From the NCBI GenBank assembly GCA_963714015.1, contig OY970223.1, positions 2,176,001 to 2,240,000 of the forward strand: a DNA stretch of 64,000 nt, given 5' to 3'. The DNA is from Vulcanimicrobiota bacterium (GTDB taxonomy: Bacteria; Vulcanimicrobiota; Vulcanimicrobiia; Vulcanimicrobiales; Vulcanimicrobiaceae). The translations under genes and the position numbers were made by a program. Shown here piece after piece: positions 10,501-20,415 of this stretch. The notes under the pieces were generated by a model. It had not been told where the DNA came from. It searched no databases and saw only the letters and a list, made by a program, of their open reading frames with translations. The number at the start of each line of letters is the position of its first letter. The first letter of the stretch is position 1.

Positions 10501-10820
10501 CCGTACTCGCGCAGCTCCAGGCGCACTTTACAAGCGGTGCCGCCGCTCCGGCGTGGACCATAACCCCGCACGCGTCCGCGAGCGGTACGTGGTACTCTCT
10601 CGATGCTGCCGACGTTTCCACCGTTCCGGCGGTAATCAGCTGCGGGCACGTTGCCGCTGCCGCCAAAGAGGACCTGACCAAACTCGGTCTGGACGGAGCC
10701 GCGCCCCCTTCACTAAATTACGCTCCTAAGGTCGGACTCTACGTCATGATGCGGCAACGGCCGCCGGGAGCGGGGCCATCGCCGGCGCCCGGTCAGTCGC
10801 CGCCGCCGCAGCAGCCTTGA
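7503..10820 (+). CDS. TonB-dependent receptor with N-terminal carboxypeptidase-regulatory-like domain and about 310-aa C-terminal extension
   Basis: Signal peptide, plug motifs (LTLDGIPLN, GGLAGGVNF), barrel end TNLFN...PRQFSVTYTVR, then two Cys-containing repeats. Confidence 0.85.
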   Translation: MRRVASGLLVFLLLAAGAPALAQSDTGEIDIAVLQASNKTPVVLARVLLDGPVIASEFTGDNGKVAFTDVPDGIYRARVFARGFQAVTSENFEVTNGKVVTIAVALAISSSGPLKTIASETVKSTTTISTTTIDQNSAQRRLSDTLADALGKLSGVTVSTSSSDSDATQTVSLEGQDASQTALTLDGIPLNAPGAAGDLRAIGSDLFTRSSVSFGPQIGGLAGGVNFSTLEPTLSWQSEFSLSAGSNGKNNYSFGESGSLGKLGIAVMKTYRSTPSLLDGMTFLDASGLDYPHEGDSNASGSMVKLRYQVTQAQTLTSMFLQNVNSSELVCAQFTGAVPCGYGPDNDYDTKFDVYSLTDNALIGDTQLQAAFFGMHNASTRNLLDRYVDGVAEPTGTSQTMNDDGFTLNATLPAHQRHTISISAYSTNSQSSFTPLVAQAAPYVFPVSGASYGAVTLNDTIRSNTKLRFNTSVGLSHASNAGGSVLAGLSTQWQPTTSDSLAFSYNVGGTAAHPGRFGLLTDPDELRYDCTGEVAYGNAPGDQPGASSSTSARLSYTHKSRTGLVSASLYQQAQNDVVLPTQVNGTVLVNEGLFPPDYFGQVGTQFQTQCNFPASLNPAQYTYFSTPIGGVRRVYEGGQLSAFYTLGQLVVEPYYDVQVAKALSGDIRLNNPYSITIPGDQLPNVPLRRAGITLDYKAPHSYLEWLADANYTGANNPQNLPPYTTVDAGVNLHLERGDLTFAGTNLFNTYGGVFSGPQWAVPYTTLGGTQIATIARPNSPRQFSVTYTVRMGSGITSQNSSQTLLAQNGPEGGRRGGPGRFFQPLPESPPADPFALNQTPLCTADAQKIAQPILNALKAYVAQIDAAKNSSGYPDTMPAPSIPGVTVDYHGLKSTYALSISLTQTAQLRPIFGCSSFHIADLQTAQQRNLYVAPQQGGGMFFRPSIAFMPSVGFYFVRRPPQPGQESFRMYKLPATAPKAPFAVLRSPACTADMRSSAQTVLAQLQAHFTSGAAAPAWTITPHASASGTWYSLDAADVSTVPAVISCGHVAAAAKEDLTKLGLDGAAPPSLNYAPKVGLYVMMRQRPPGAGPSPAPGQSPPPQQP

Positions 10821-10832
10821 GGTGCACGAGCG

Positions 10833-11348
10833 TTAGAGTTCGGTCGACGTCCCCGCGGCGCGCGCTTTCTCGACCATCTCGCGCATGCGGGGATGGTCGC
10901 CCGGAATCGTGTCGACCCAGCTTTCGAACCTCGGAACCGGTTCCTTAACGCGAAACAAGAAGTACCAAACGTTCATCTCGCCCATGAATTTGAACTCGCT
11001 GCGAATGGCGGCCGAGAGCGAAGGGTAATCCGGAAACGATCGCAGGAATTCTCGAAATCCGCCGGCCGCGCGGTCGAGCTCGATCAACTTCTGCGCGTTG
11101 GCAATCGTCGCGCGGATCTTTCGGGCGCTGTGCAAAATGCGATCGTCATGCAGCAGCCGATCGACGTCGCCTTCGGTATAAGCGGCTACGCGCGCGCAGT
11201 CAAAGCCTTCGAAAGCCTCGAGGAAGCCTTCCCAGCGCTGGGCGATCGAGGACCAGCGCAAACCCGCCTGAAAGACGGCTCGCGTCATGACTTCGAGGTA
11301 GTCTCCGAGGCGCTCGGGGCTTACTTGTGCGGGAATGGTATCAGCCAT
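10833..11348 (-). CDS. tag: DNA-3-methyladenine glycosylase I family protein
   Basis: VFQAGLRW, FEGFD..VA and ARKIRATIANA motifs of the Tag family. Confidence 0.8.
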   Translation of the reverse strand: MADTIPAQVSPERLGDYLEVMTRAVFQAGLRWSSIAQRWEGFLEAFEGFDCARVAAYTEGDVDRLLHDDRILHSARKIRATIANAQKLIELDRAAGGFREFLRSFPDYPSLSAAIRSEFKFMGEMNVWYFLFRVKEPVPRFESWVDTIPGDHPRMREMVEKARAAGTSTEL

Positions 11349-11360
11349 CGGGCCAATGAC

Positions 11361-11386
11361 GGAACTTCAAAGCGCCTCCCGGCGTA
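11361..11386 (+). promoter_or_regulatory. Candidate ECF-sigma promoter for the gene at 11408
   Basis: GGAACT-N16-CGTA, followed by an AAGGAG RBS and ATG 11408. Confidence 0.5.
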
Positions 11387-11407
11387 CAGAGGTAAGAAAA
11401 GGAGCGC

Positions 11408-12313
11408 ATGGCGTTGTTGACGACCCTCCTGCTTTCGACCGCGCTCGCCGCCGCACCCGGCCGGCCGGATGCGTACGGCATCTACGAGCGGGCGCGGGAA
11501 GTGTGGTTGACGCAGCGCTATCCTGACGTTCTCGCGTATACGGTCGAGGTCACCGCGGCGAACGACGGCACGCCGGCGCAGCGGCACTACCACGAATTTT
11601 GGTCTGCCGCGGACGGCCGCGTCTTCGTCAACCCGCCCGTCAGCGACGAACAGGTGCAAAACCCGTACAAGCCGTCACCCGGCGTAAGTTTCATGGGCTG
11701 GAACATCGGCGCGCCTCGAGAGGGCAGCGGAGTCAAAGATTTCATCAGCGTACCGCTGCTCGCACCGAACTACAGCTTCGGACTTGTTCCCTATATCCCG
11801 CCGTCGGCATTGACGCCGGCGGATCTCGTCGCGCAGATCCGGCGCGAATATCACGATCCCTCGCCCGCCAAGATCGCGCAACTGGAGCAGACCTCCGGCC
11901 TGAAGACGATCGCTTCGGTAACCAGCAGCGCCGGATCGTATAAGATAGAACTCGTCGGCGTCGAGCCCGAACAAACGGGACCGGCATACCATCTCGCCCT
12001 CACGCCGCTTCGGGACCCGCTCAAGTACCGGCTGCGCGATCTTTGGATCGACAAGGCGACGTTTGAAACGGACCGCGCGCGCATCGGCGGCAACTTCACC
12101 GACGCCGCGACGGAGAGCGTTTCGTGGATGGTGCGGTTCGAGCAGATCGACGGCACGACGTACATTCAGAGCGAGCGCGCCGAAAGTCCCATCGTCGGCT
12201 ATCACGGCCTAATGTACACGCAGTACCAGGTGGCCTTCCAGAGCGTGCGTCAAGGGACGCTGCCTCGCTTAGCGGATCTGAGTGTAGTGGACGAACCGCT
12301 CTGCGAACCTTAG
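11408..12313 (+). CDS. Secreted protein, possible LolA/RseB-like fold
   Basis: Signal peptide; C-terminal YHLALTP...LRDLWIDKATF pattern seen in lipoprotein-sorting folds. Confidence 0.55.
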   Translation: MALLTTLLLSTALAAAPGRPDAYGIYERAREVWLTQRYPDVLAYTVEVTAANDGTPAQRHYHEFWSAADGRVFVNPPVSDEQVQNPYKPSPGVSFMGWNIGAPREGSGVKDFISVPLLAPNYSFGLVPYIPPSALTPADLVAQIRREYHDPSPAKIAQLEQTSGLKTIASVTSSAGSYKIELVGVEPEQTGPAYHLALTPLRDPLKYRLRDLWIDKATFETDRARIGGNFTDAATESVSWMVRFEQIDGTTYIQSERAESPIVGYHGLMYTQYQVAFQSVRQGTLPRLADLSVVDEPLCEP

Positions 12314-12479
12314 CGCCGGAGAGTTTCTTTCCATAAGAACCCGGACGAACCCGGCCTGACGGGCGTTGCGACGGCATAGTGTAAAAATACTACCGCCTGC
12401 ATGAAGGACCCCTTTGCAGTGCGACCAAGGTCAGATCGACTTGTCCTATCCAACATTCGTTTGAAAGGGGTCTTTCTCC

Positions 12480-13610
12480 GTGCAGAGATTTATCAGGATC
12501 GCGGCGGCTGCGACCGTTGCTTCCCTACTAGCGGCGTGCGCAGGGCAGAACGGATCTATTCCGGTTCAGTCCACCCAAGCCCAGAACAGGAATCAGGGAT
12601 TCAGTGTGACCCAGCAAGGAACGGGTCCGCGGCCGATGGATCGGGTTTTCCATTTCGCCGGCAATCGTTTCTTGGCTCCCAGTACCGCCTTCCCGACGTG
12701 GCACGGTTCGTTCAAATATCAGGGGTCGACCTACAACTACACGATGGTCGGGCCGAATCCGGCGACCAGCAATAAGAATACGACCATTCCGGTCGACATT
12801 ATTCCGATCAAGGTGGTGGTGGACTCGAAGAGTTACGATCCCAATACGAAGTTGTCGACCGGACAAACCGCAATCCAGAACACCGTGAGTTCCCCGATCT
12901 ACTCCAGCGGCGTTACGTTCAAGGAGGGCGGCATCGGCCTAGGCAACACCCAGTACATCGATGCCTTCCAGCGCGGAAACTTCTGGATTAGCGTCAAGAA
13001 GAACAAGCAGTATCACGTGCGGCTCGGCACTCCGACCGTGCTTGCGACGCAAACCGTCAAGCCGACCGGTTCGAACGGCGGACAAGGCAACCCGTTCGGC
13101 ATCGAAGTCGGACTCGTCAATATCAACTACCTGGATCCAATTCTCACCGGCCTGATCTCCTCGCTGAAGATCCCGGCCGGAACGTTGCCGGTATTCATGA
13201 CGTACGACGTCTACTTGACGGAGGGTCCGGCAAACCTGAACGACTGCTGCATCGGCGGATACCACGACTATACCGGCACCAATACGTACATGCAGTTCAC
13301 GTACATCAACAACCCGGGCAGCGGCGTCCAGTTCTCGCAAGACGTCGGCGCGCTCTCGCACGAGACCGGTGAATGGTACGACGATCCGTTCATCAACAAC
13401 GAGCCGTTCTGCGGCGGTCTTCTCGAAGTCGGCGACCCGCTCGAGAACGAGCCGAACTACGGTCTCTATCCCTACAGCCTCGGCGGGTTCACGTACCATC
13501 TGCAGGACCTGACGAACCTTCCGTACTTCGGCGCTCCGAAGGACACGTCGATCAAGGATCAGGTTACGTTCCAGGGTACGAACCTGGGCGTCTGCCAGAA
13601 CGGACAGTAG
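12480..13610 (+). CDS. Lipoprotein of unknown function with HExxE-type motif
   Basis: Lipobox LAAC; CCIGGYH, SHETGEWYDDP and EVGDP motifs. Confidence 0.75.
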   Translation: MQRFIRIAAAATVASLLAACAGQNGSIPVQSTQAQNRNQGFSVTQQGTGPRPMDRVFHFAGNRFLAPSTAFPTWHGSFKYQGSTYNYTMVGPNPATSNKNTTIPVDIIPIKVVVDSKSYDPNTKLSTGQTAIQNTVSSPIYSSGVTFKEGGIGLGNTQYIDAFQRGNFWISVKKNKQYHVRLGTPTVLATQTVKPTGSNGGQGNPFGIEVGLVNINYLDPILTGLISSLKIPAGTLPVFMTYDVYLTEGPANLNDCCIGGYHDYTGTNTYMQFTYINNPGSGVQFSQDVGALSHETGEWYDDPFINNEPFCGGLLEVGDPLENEPNYGLYPYSLGGFTYHLQDLTNLPYFGAPKDTSIKDQVTFQGTNLGVCQNGQ

Positions 13611-13638
13611 ACGGTTCGAGCGACGGTAAGCGTCAGTG

Positions 13639-13671
13639 AAAGGGCCCCGCTTCCAGGCGGGGCCCTTTTTT
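13639..13671 (+). terminator. Rho-independent terminator
   Basis: AAAGGGCCCCGC-ttccag-GCGGGGCCCTTTTTT. Confidence 0.9.
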
Positions 13672-13757
13672 CATCGGCATGCGCCGGCCGCGCGCGTACG
13701 TTTTGATCGCCAGCGTCGCTGGCGGGATTACCATCGCCGCGACGAACTCAACGCAGG

Positions 13758-16482
13758 GTGAACCCGAGCGGAGTTTCGCGCATCGATCAAACCCGCTGCT
13801 GGACGCCCCTATATAGTCCGGAGTTCGTCGGACGCCGGGAAGAGCTGCACTTTCTGCATGACGAGTATCGCACTGCTTGCGAAGGGCGGATGCGTCTGGT
13901 CGCGATCCAGGGCGATGCCGGAATCGGCAAGTCGCGTCTGCTCCAAGAGTTTTTCCGGTCGGCGGCGCAACACGCGATTTGTGGAAGCTGTTCCGAACAG
14001 ATTCGCAGCCCGTACTTTCCCATCGTTCCGGTGCTCGAGGAGCTCGACCCGGCCAGGAGATGGGCGCCCGGTGATGAGCGCAAGCCCCAGTTCTTTGCCG
14101 CCGCGGCCCAAGCATTGCGCCGCCGCGCCGCGCAATTTCCGCTGATTCTTGCGCTGGAAGATTTGCAGTGGGCCGACGGCGCGACGCTCGAGGTCGTGGG
14201 TTTTCTAGCGCAGCGGCTGGTGAATGTTCCGGTACTGCTCGTACTTACGATGCGGAGCATCGATGCGGACAGGGGATACGAGGAGCTTACGGCGTTTCGC
14301 AGCATCGTCTCCCGCTGCAGGGCGGCCTCCCTGCATCTTCGCCCGCTCAGGCGCAACGACGTCCGGACATTGGTGCGGCGAACGCTCCAGCAGCGCGGCC
14401 TTCAGGCCAGTTCCGAGGCGATGCTCCAGATCGAACTGCTCGCCGAAGGGAATCCGCTGTTTGCCGAAGAGGCTCGCGCGTTTGGCGCTGGAGAACGGCG
14501 AGTTGATCTTGCAGTCCCGGGCGCCGCTCTCCGCTGCAGCGATTCTGAACGAACGAATCGCGCCGTTCGACGAGGGCGACCGCAACGCGCTGATCCATGC
14601 CGCAATCATCGGTGAAGCCTTCGACGTTCCGGTACTGGCCCAGTTATTGCAAATACCGTTGCACGATCTCGTAACGCTGATGCAGCGCTGCGTCGAACGC
14701 GGGCTCCTGGTTCAGGACCCGGATCTTCCGCTGCGGTTCCACTTCAAGCACGCGTTGATTCGAAAAACGCTGGCCGATCGTCTCGTCCTTGCGCGCGCAG
14801 CCCCGCTTCACGTTCGGATCGCACAAATGCTCGAGGACGGCGAAGAAGACGACGCCGGAACGGCGCAGCTCGCATATCATTGGTCGGCCGCCCGGCAGGC
14901 CGAAAAAGCGCGGGTTTGGAACGAGCGCGCCGCCCAGCAAGCCTGGAAAGCATATGCATATCGCGATGCGATTCGTTTCTATAATGAAGCGCTGCGTTGG
15001 GATTATCCGCAAGGCAGCGCCCGCGCCTCGCTCTACGAACGCCTCGGAACGCTGCATTACATCGACGGTTCGGGTGAAGAGCCCGCGCTGTGGTTTGCCC
15101 GCGCGCAGCACGAGTATGAAAACGCAGGCGACGAGCGCGATGCTGCTCGGGCGATCTGGCTTTTGGCCGATCAGCATTGGGTGGACGCTCGGACGAAGGA
15201 GGCCCTCATCGCGGCGACCCATGCCGAGGAACGCGCGCGCGCAGTTGGAGAGGAAGTGCTGCGCACCGATGCGCTGCTTTCCATTGCGCGCTTCGCATGC
15301 ACGCTCGGCGACCCGCAGAATGCCGCCGGATATCTCGAGGCTTCTGCAGCCGCCGCTGCGCAAAGTGCGGACTGCGCCACTCGCGCGTCGCTGCATGAAA
15401 TACGCGGAGAGATGCTCGCTGCAATGGGCCGAGGTTACCGTGCGCTCGATGAACTGGAAGCTGCGGCACAAAACGCCGCGCAAAGCGGATCCGCGGAACT
15501 CGTCGCGCAGATCGAAAACAACGTCGCGCTCAATGCATGCGATCTGGGGGAACTGGACGTCGCAATAGCGCACCATCGCCTCGCCTTGGAAGAGGCCGAA
15601 CGCACCGGATTGATGTGGCGCGTTGCATATTGCTCGCTGGGGTTTGCCCGCTCGCTTACGCTCAGAGGGGAACTGGCGGCCGCGCGCGACCTGATGTGGC
15701 GCGCGCTCGATACGGGAGTCGCCACCGCCACGTTCAAAACGAAGGCCGCCGCGGTGGGTATTCCGCTTGGGCTGATGCTCAACGATCGCGCCCTGCTCGA
15801 TCTTTGCGCTCGAGAAGAAGCGTTGGCCCTTGCGTTGCAGTCGGGCGAGGCGCAGCGCATCGCTTCGGTCAGCGCAGCCTTCGCCGAGCTGCGGGCGGAG
15901 CAAGGATCGCCGGAGGAAGCGCGGTCACTCCTCAGACGCGCACTGGAAGGTGTGGAACGGGCTCACCGCGCGTGGGATTTGCTGCTTTGCGCCGGTATAT
16001 TGGGCGAGGCTCGCGACATCGAACGAGCGCGCAAGCTCTTCGCTGCGGCGTTGGGCCGCCCGCGGGTGCGCCGGTCATACCGCTTGCTGTTCGAAACGCT
16101 GGTGCGGGAGCGTGCGCGAGAAGAACGCGACCGCTGCGGCGCCGCGGCGGCAATGCATTTTACAATCGTCGGGGACCGCCTGCATACTGCCCGATGCCTC
16201 GAAGCGGGCGGTGAGATCGAAAAGGCACTGCGCGTATATACGGAAATGGGCAGCGTGCGGGATTGCGCCCGGTTGCGTAAGCCGCCGCCGGCCGAGATGA
16301 GTCCAAGGCAATTGCAGATCGCCGAGCTCGTCGCGCTGGGGGACACCAATCGTTGCATAGCGGACCGGCTGAACATCAGCGAACATACGGTCGAGCACCA
16401 TCTCTCGGCCATCTTTGCGCGGCTCAACCTAAAATCGCGAGCGCAACTTGCCGGCGTGATGGCGCGAAGGTCAGGTCCATAG
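13758..16482 (+). CDS. AAA-ATPase / TPR / LuxR-HTH transcriptional regulator (frameshift near 14471)
   Basis: FVGRREEL, Walker A GDAGIGKS, Walker B LEDLQWAD, GNPLFAEE, C-terminal SPRQLQIAELVALG...ISEHTVEHHL; the two ORFs join on removing one G in AGGCT 14470-14474. Confidence 0.9.
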
Positions 16483-16553
16483 CGGAAATCCGGGATACCG
16501 CTCGCATCCCTCTTTCCTTATACTCAACGCAATACGTCTGTGGAGGACGACTC

Positions 16554-19500
16554 ATGGGCTTGTTCGGTTGCGTTCGCGCGATTCTCTCACTCTGCATCTG
16601 CTGCGCGCTCTTGGCTTGGCAATGCGCGCCCGCCCTAGCCGGCACCACCGGAGGGGTAAGCGGCGTCGTCACCGACGCTGCCACCGGACGTCCGTTGGCG
16701 GATGCCAAAGTAAGCGTCACGAGTCCTTCGCAGACCGCCACGGTTCAAACGGACTCGGGCGGCCACTTTGCATTTCTATCGCTGGAGCCCGACACGTACA
16801 CGCTGACCGCCCTGCAGACGAACTACGATTCGTCGACGATCACCGGCATTGCGGTGTTCGCCGATCAGACCCAGACAGTCACCGTAGCGCTGCAGCCCTC
16901 GCTCAAAACCATCGCGCGCGTTACTTCCCGCTCGTCGATCAGTCCCGTCAAGCCGGGCACCACCGGAGACGTCTATTCCGTGAATCCGGCGCTCGCCCAA
17001 GCATCGGCAACGCTGGGCGGCGGCGGCAACCTTACAACGGCGTATTCCGCGATCGCGGCGATGCCCGGCGCGTACGTTCCGCCCAATCAGGTAGGGGTCG
17101 ACCAATCCGTCTACATTCGCGGCGGATACTACGATCAGATCGGTTTCGAGTTCGACGGCGTTCCGGTGAACCGTTCGTTCGACAATCTGCCCTCGCACGC
17201 GGTCGCGACACTCGGACAGCAGGAACTTCAGATCTACACGGGCGGAGGTCCCGCGGCCGCGGATGCGACGGGGCTTGCCGGATTCGTCAACCAAGTGATC
17301 AAAACCGGAACATATCCCGGCTCGGCAACGATCGAGGCACGCGTCGGCGGCCCGTCGTTCTATCATGAGTTTAGCGGCGAGCTCTCCGGGGCCACGCCCG
17401 ATCACCGGTTTTCGTACTACGTCGCGCTCTCCGGCACCAATCAGTTCTTCAATTATCTCTCGAATAACAACGGTACGGACATGCTGGACACGTTTCCTTA
17501 CGGCGACGGTCCGAGCAACTTGACGACCTTCTTGCCGTTCTATCCGGCCGTCTACCCGAATTGCAATCCGTCGGATCCGAACCTCTACGAGAATCCGGTG
17601 GCGCCGGGCAGTCCGGCGAATACGGGATCCGGCCCGACGCTAACCTCGGATCCGGGGTGCTACTCCGCAATTACGGATGCGTACGCTTTGCCGTCGATGG
17701 TCGACGATCGGGAAACGGTTGCGAACCTGCACTTTGCCGTTCCTCACAGGCACGACTCCGGACGAGACGACATTCAACTCCTGTTCGACAACTCCACGCA
17801 GTACGAGCAGATTTACGCCGGTCCCAACGACGTCGGACAACCCTTGCTCCAGGCGCTCGAGACGTGCTGCGGCGGCGGATTGATCTATGCGCCGCACTGG
17901 CCGGACTTCTTGACGTACCCGGCCGGCACGCCGTTCTTCGCTCCCGCGAACACGCCGCCGATCGCCTACCTCTTCCCCGGATCGCCGCTCGACCGCTGCA
18001 ACAACACGGACCTGCTCTCGAACGACAACCTGGTCTCACCTCCTTCGATTGCCGGTCAGTGTGCCAATGGGGGCCTTTCGCTGCTTCCGAACGACTACCG
18101 GGACGGGAGATGGGATCAGGCCAGCATCTTTAAAGCTCAATACCAAAAGAACTTCGGCAGCAACGCCTATCTGCGGTTGTTCGGATATACGTTTTACAGC
18201 AACACGAACCGCAGCGGCGCGTCGCGGTACGGCATCGGCAGCGGTTTGGGTGGAACGAACTACGACTACGAAGTCGATGCGCACACCCGCGGAGCGGAGA
18301 TGCAGTTTGCGGATCAGCTGACGGGAACGAATCAGCTGATGGCTACCCTCAACTACACAACGGCGAGCACGCTGCGATCCTACAGTTATCAAGACGAGAA
18401 TAACTGGAACGCTCCGGTCAGTAACTTGACGAACGGATCGCAATGCTTCGCCGCGTATAACGGTTACTTGCAGAACGATCCGCAAGGGCTCAATCCGATA
18501 TCCGCCGGTAGTGCCGAACCCTGCAACGACCCCATCACGCAGGGAACCTTCGGGGATCCGACGAGCGTCGCCGATCCTTCCGCTTCAACTCCGGTGGCCG
18601 AGGCTCTGAACTGCAGCGCATCGTCCTCCGGCGCGCCTATCCCCTCGCCGGCTTGCGCAGCGGGCGCCTCGTGGCGACTGACCTACACGGGCAACAATGC
18701 GCTCATAAACGCCGTTACGCCGAAATTCACAAACTTCTCGCTGACGGACGAGTGGCGCCCGAACGAGAAGCTGGACATAAACGCAAGTATTCGGTTAGAC
18801 CGTGATGAGTTCGACTTGCGCCCAATCGCCTCGCCGGGAACGAACTTTTGGTTCGCCGCGGCGCAAAATGAGTTTTGCTATTATCCGGATACCCTCTTGC
18901 CGCTTGTCGTTCCCCAGCCGCCGCAAAACGCAAGTTCGGTCGAGCCTTACGTTGCGCTGACGTGCCCCGGCAACACTGTGCATCCCGACGGGAAGAACGG
19001 CCACGTGCTCTTTACGGACCAGTTCAATCCGACGTACGTGCAGTCGTATGCGGAACCGCGCTTTGGGCTAACGTACCAAACCGATCCCGACACCGTTCTG
19101 CGCTTTTCCGCCGGACGTTACGCTCAAGAGCCCCAAAACTATGAAGTCGAATATGACGGCACGCAAGAAAACCTCGCCGCCGGGCTCTTCGGTTTTCTCC
19201 CGTTCGGTTTTACGACGCCGCGGCACGACGCGGGCGCGCAGTTCTCGAACAACTTCGACCTTTCGTACGAACACCATATCCGCGGAACCGATCTTTCGTT
19301 CAAACTGACCCCGTTCTACCGTTATGCGACCGACCAATTATACGAAACGGTCAGCATTCCGACGCTCTTCGGGCTCTCGCCTTCGTTCAATTCCGGGACG
19401 GAGCGCGCCGACGGCGTAGAATTGGAGTTCACGGCCGGCGACTTCAACAAGAATGGATTCTCGGGCGTATTCTCTTACACGTTTACCAACGCGAAAGAGC

Positions 19501-20415
19501 AGTGGGCGAATTACGCCGGCGTGCCGATCAATCCGGTCGACCCGTACAACGAAGCGATCCAGTATTACAATCAGTCTGACGTCCGCTTGCGGCGGCTCCA
19601 ACCCCTCACCCGTGCTCTGCGGCGACATGAGCGTCGTGGGGCCCCCGGCGCCGTGTTACACCAACAGCGGAACCGACTCGCCCGATCCCACCTGCGCACC
19701 CACGTCGATTCGCAACCCCTACTACAACATGCCGGCGCAGCCGCTGCTCGACAAGAACGGCTGGTACACGCCGGGGCTCGATTTTCCGTACGTTTCGCCG
19801 AACACGTTCTCGCTGGTAATGAACTACCGCCACGGTCCTTTTGCGATAACGCCCGCTCTTGAATTGGCGGAGGGAACCTCTTACGGAACGCCGGCGGACT
19901 TCCAGGGCTTGGACCCGCGCGTCTGTGGGGCAAATCAAGGTTCGATCGGCGTCAAGAGCGGAAATCCGCTCAACGCGGATTACACCTCGTGCGGGCTGGC
20001 CGCAACGCCGACCGGTACGTTGAACATTCCGAATCCTTATACCGGAACGTTCGACACGTTCGGCCAGTTTCAGCAGCCGTGGGATTTCAATTTAGGCTTG
20101 CAGGCCAGCTACGATCTCACGCGATCGGTGACCGCGAACCTGACGGTCACGAATTTGCTGAATCAGTGTTTCGGCGGATCGGCCGAGCCGTGGACCGCGG
20201 CGCACCCGCCCAGCCGCACCGTTTGCGGATACGGCTCGAACATCTTTTACATCAGCAATTTCTATAACGGCACGAGTCCCAACGACGTCTCTGCCAACGG
20301 CGTACCGCTCAATCCCGCATTTAGTCCGGCTTTCATGCCGGCGCCGGGCGACGACTCCGCGTACAACCTCACGTTGCCCCTGGAAGTATACTTCCAATTG
20401 CGGTTCAAGCTTTAG
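16554..20415 (+). CDS. TonB-dependent receptor (frameshift near 19575)
   Basis: GGAGGA RBS, signal peptide, GTTGGVSG carboxypeptidase-like domain, plug YIRGG/FDGVPVN, C-terminal YFQLRFKL; frames join at AGTCT 19573-19577. Confidence 0.9.
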
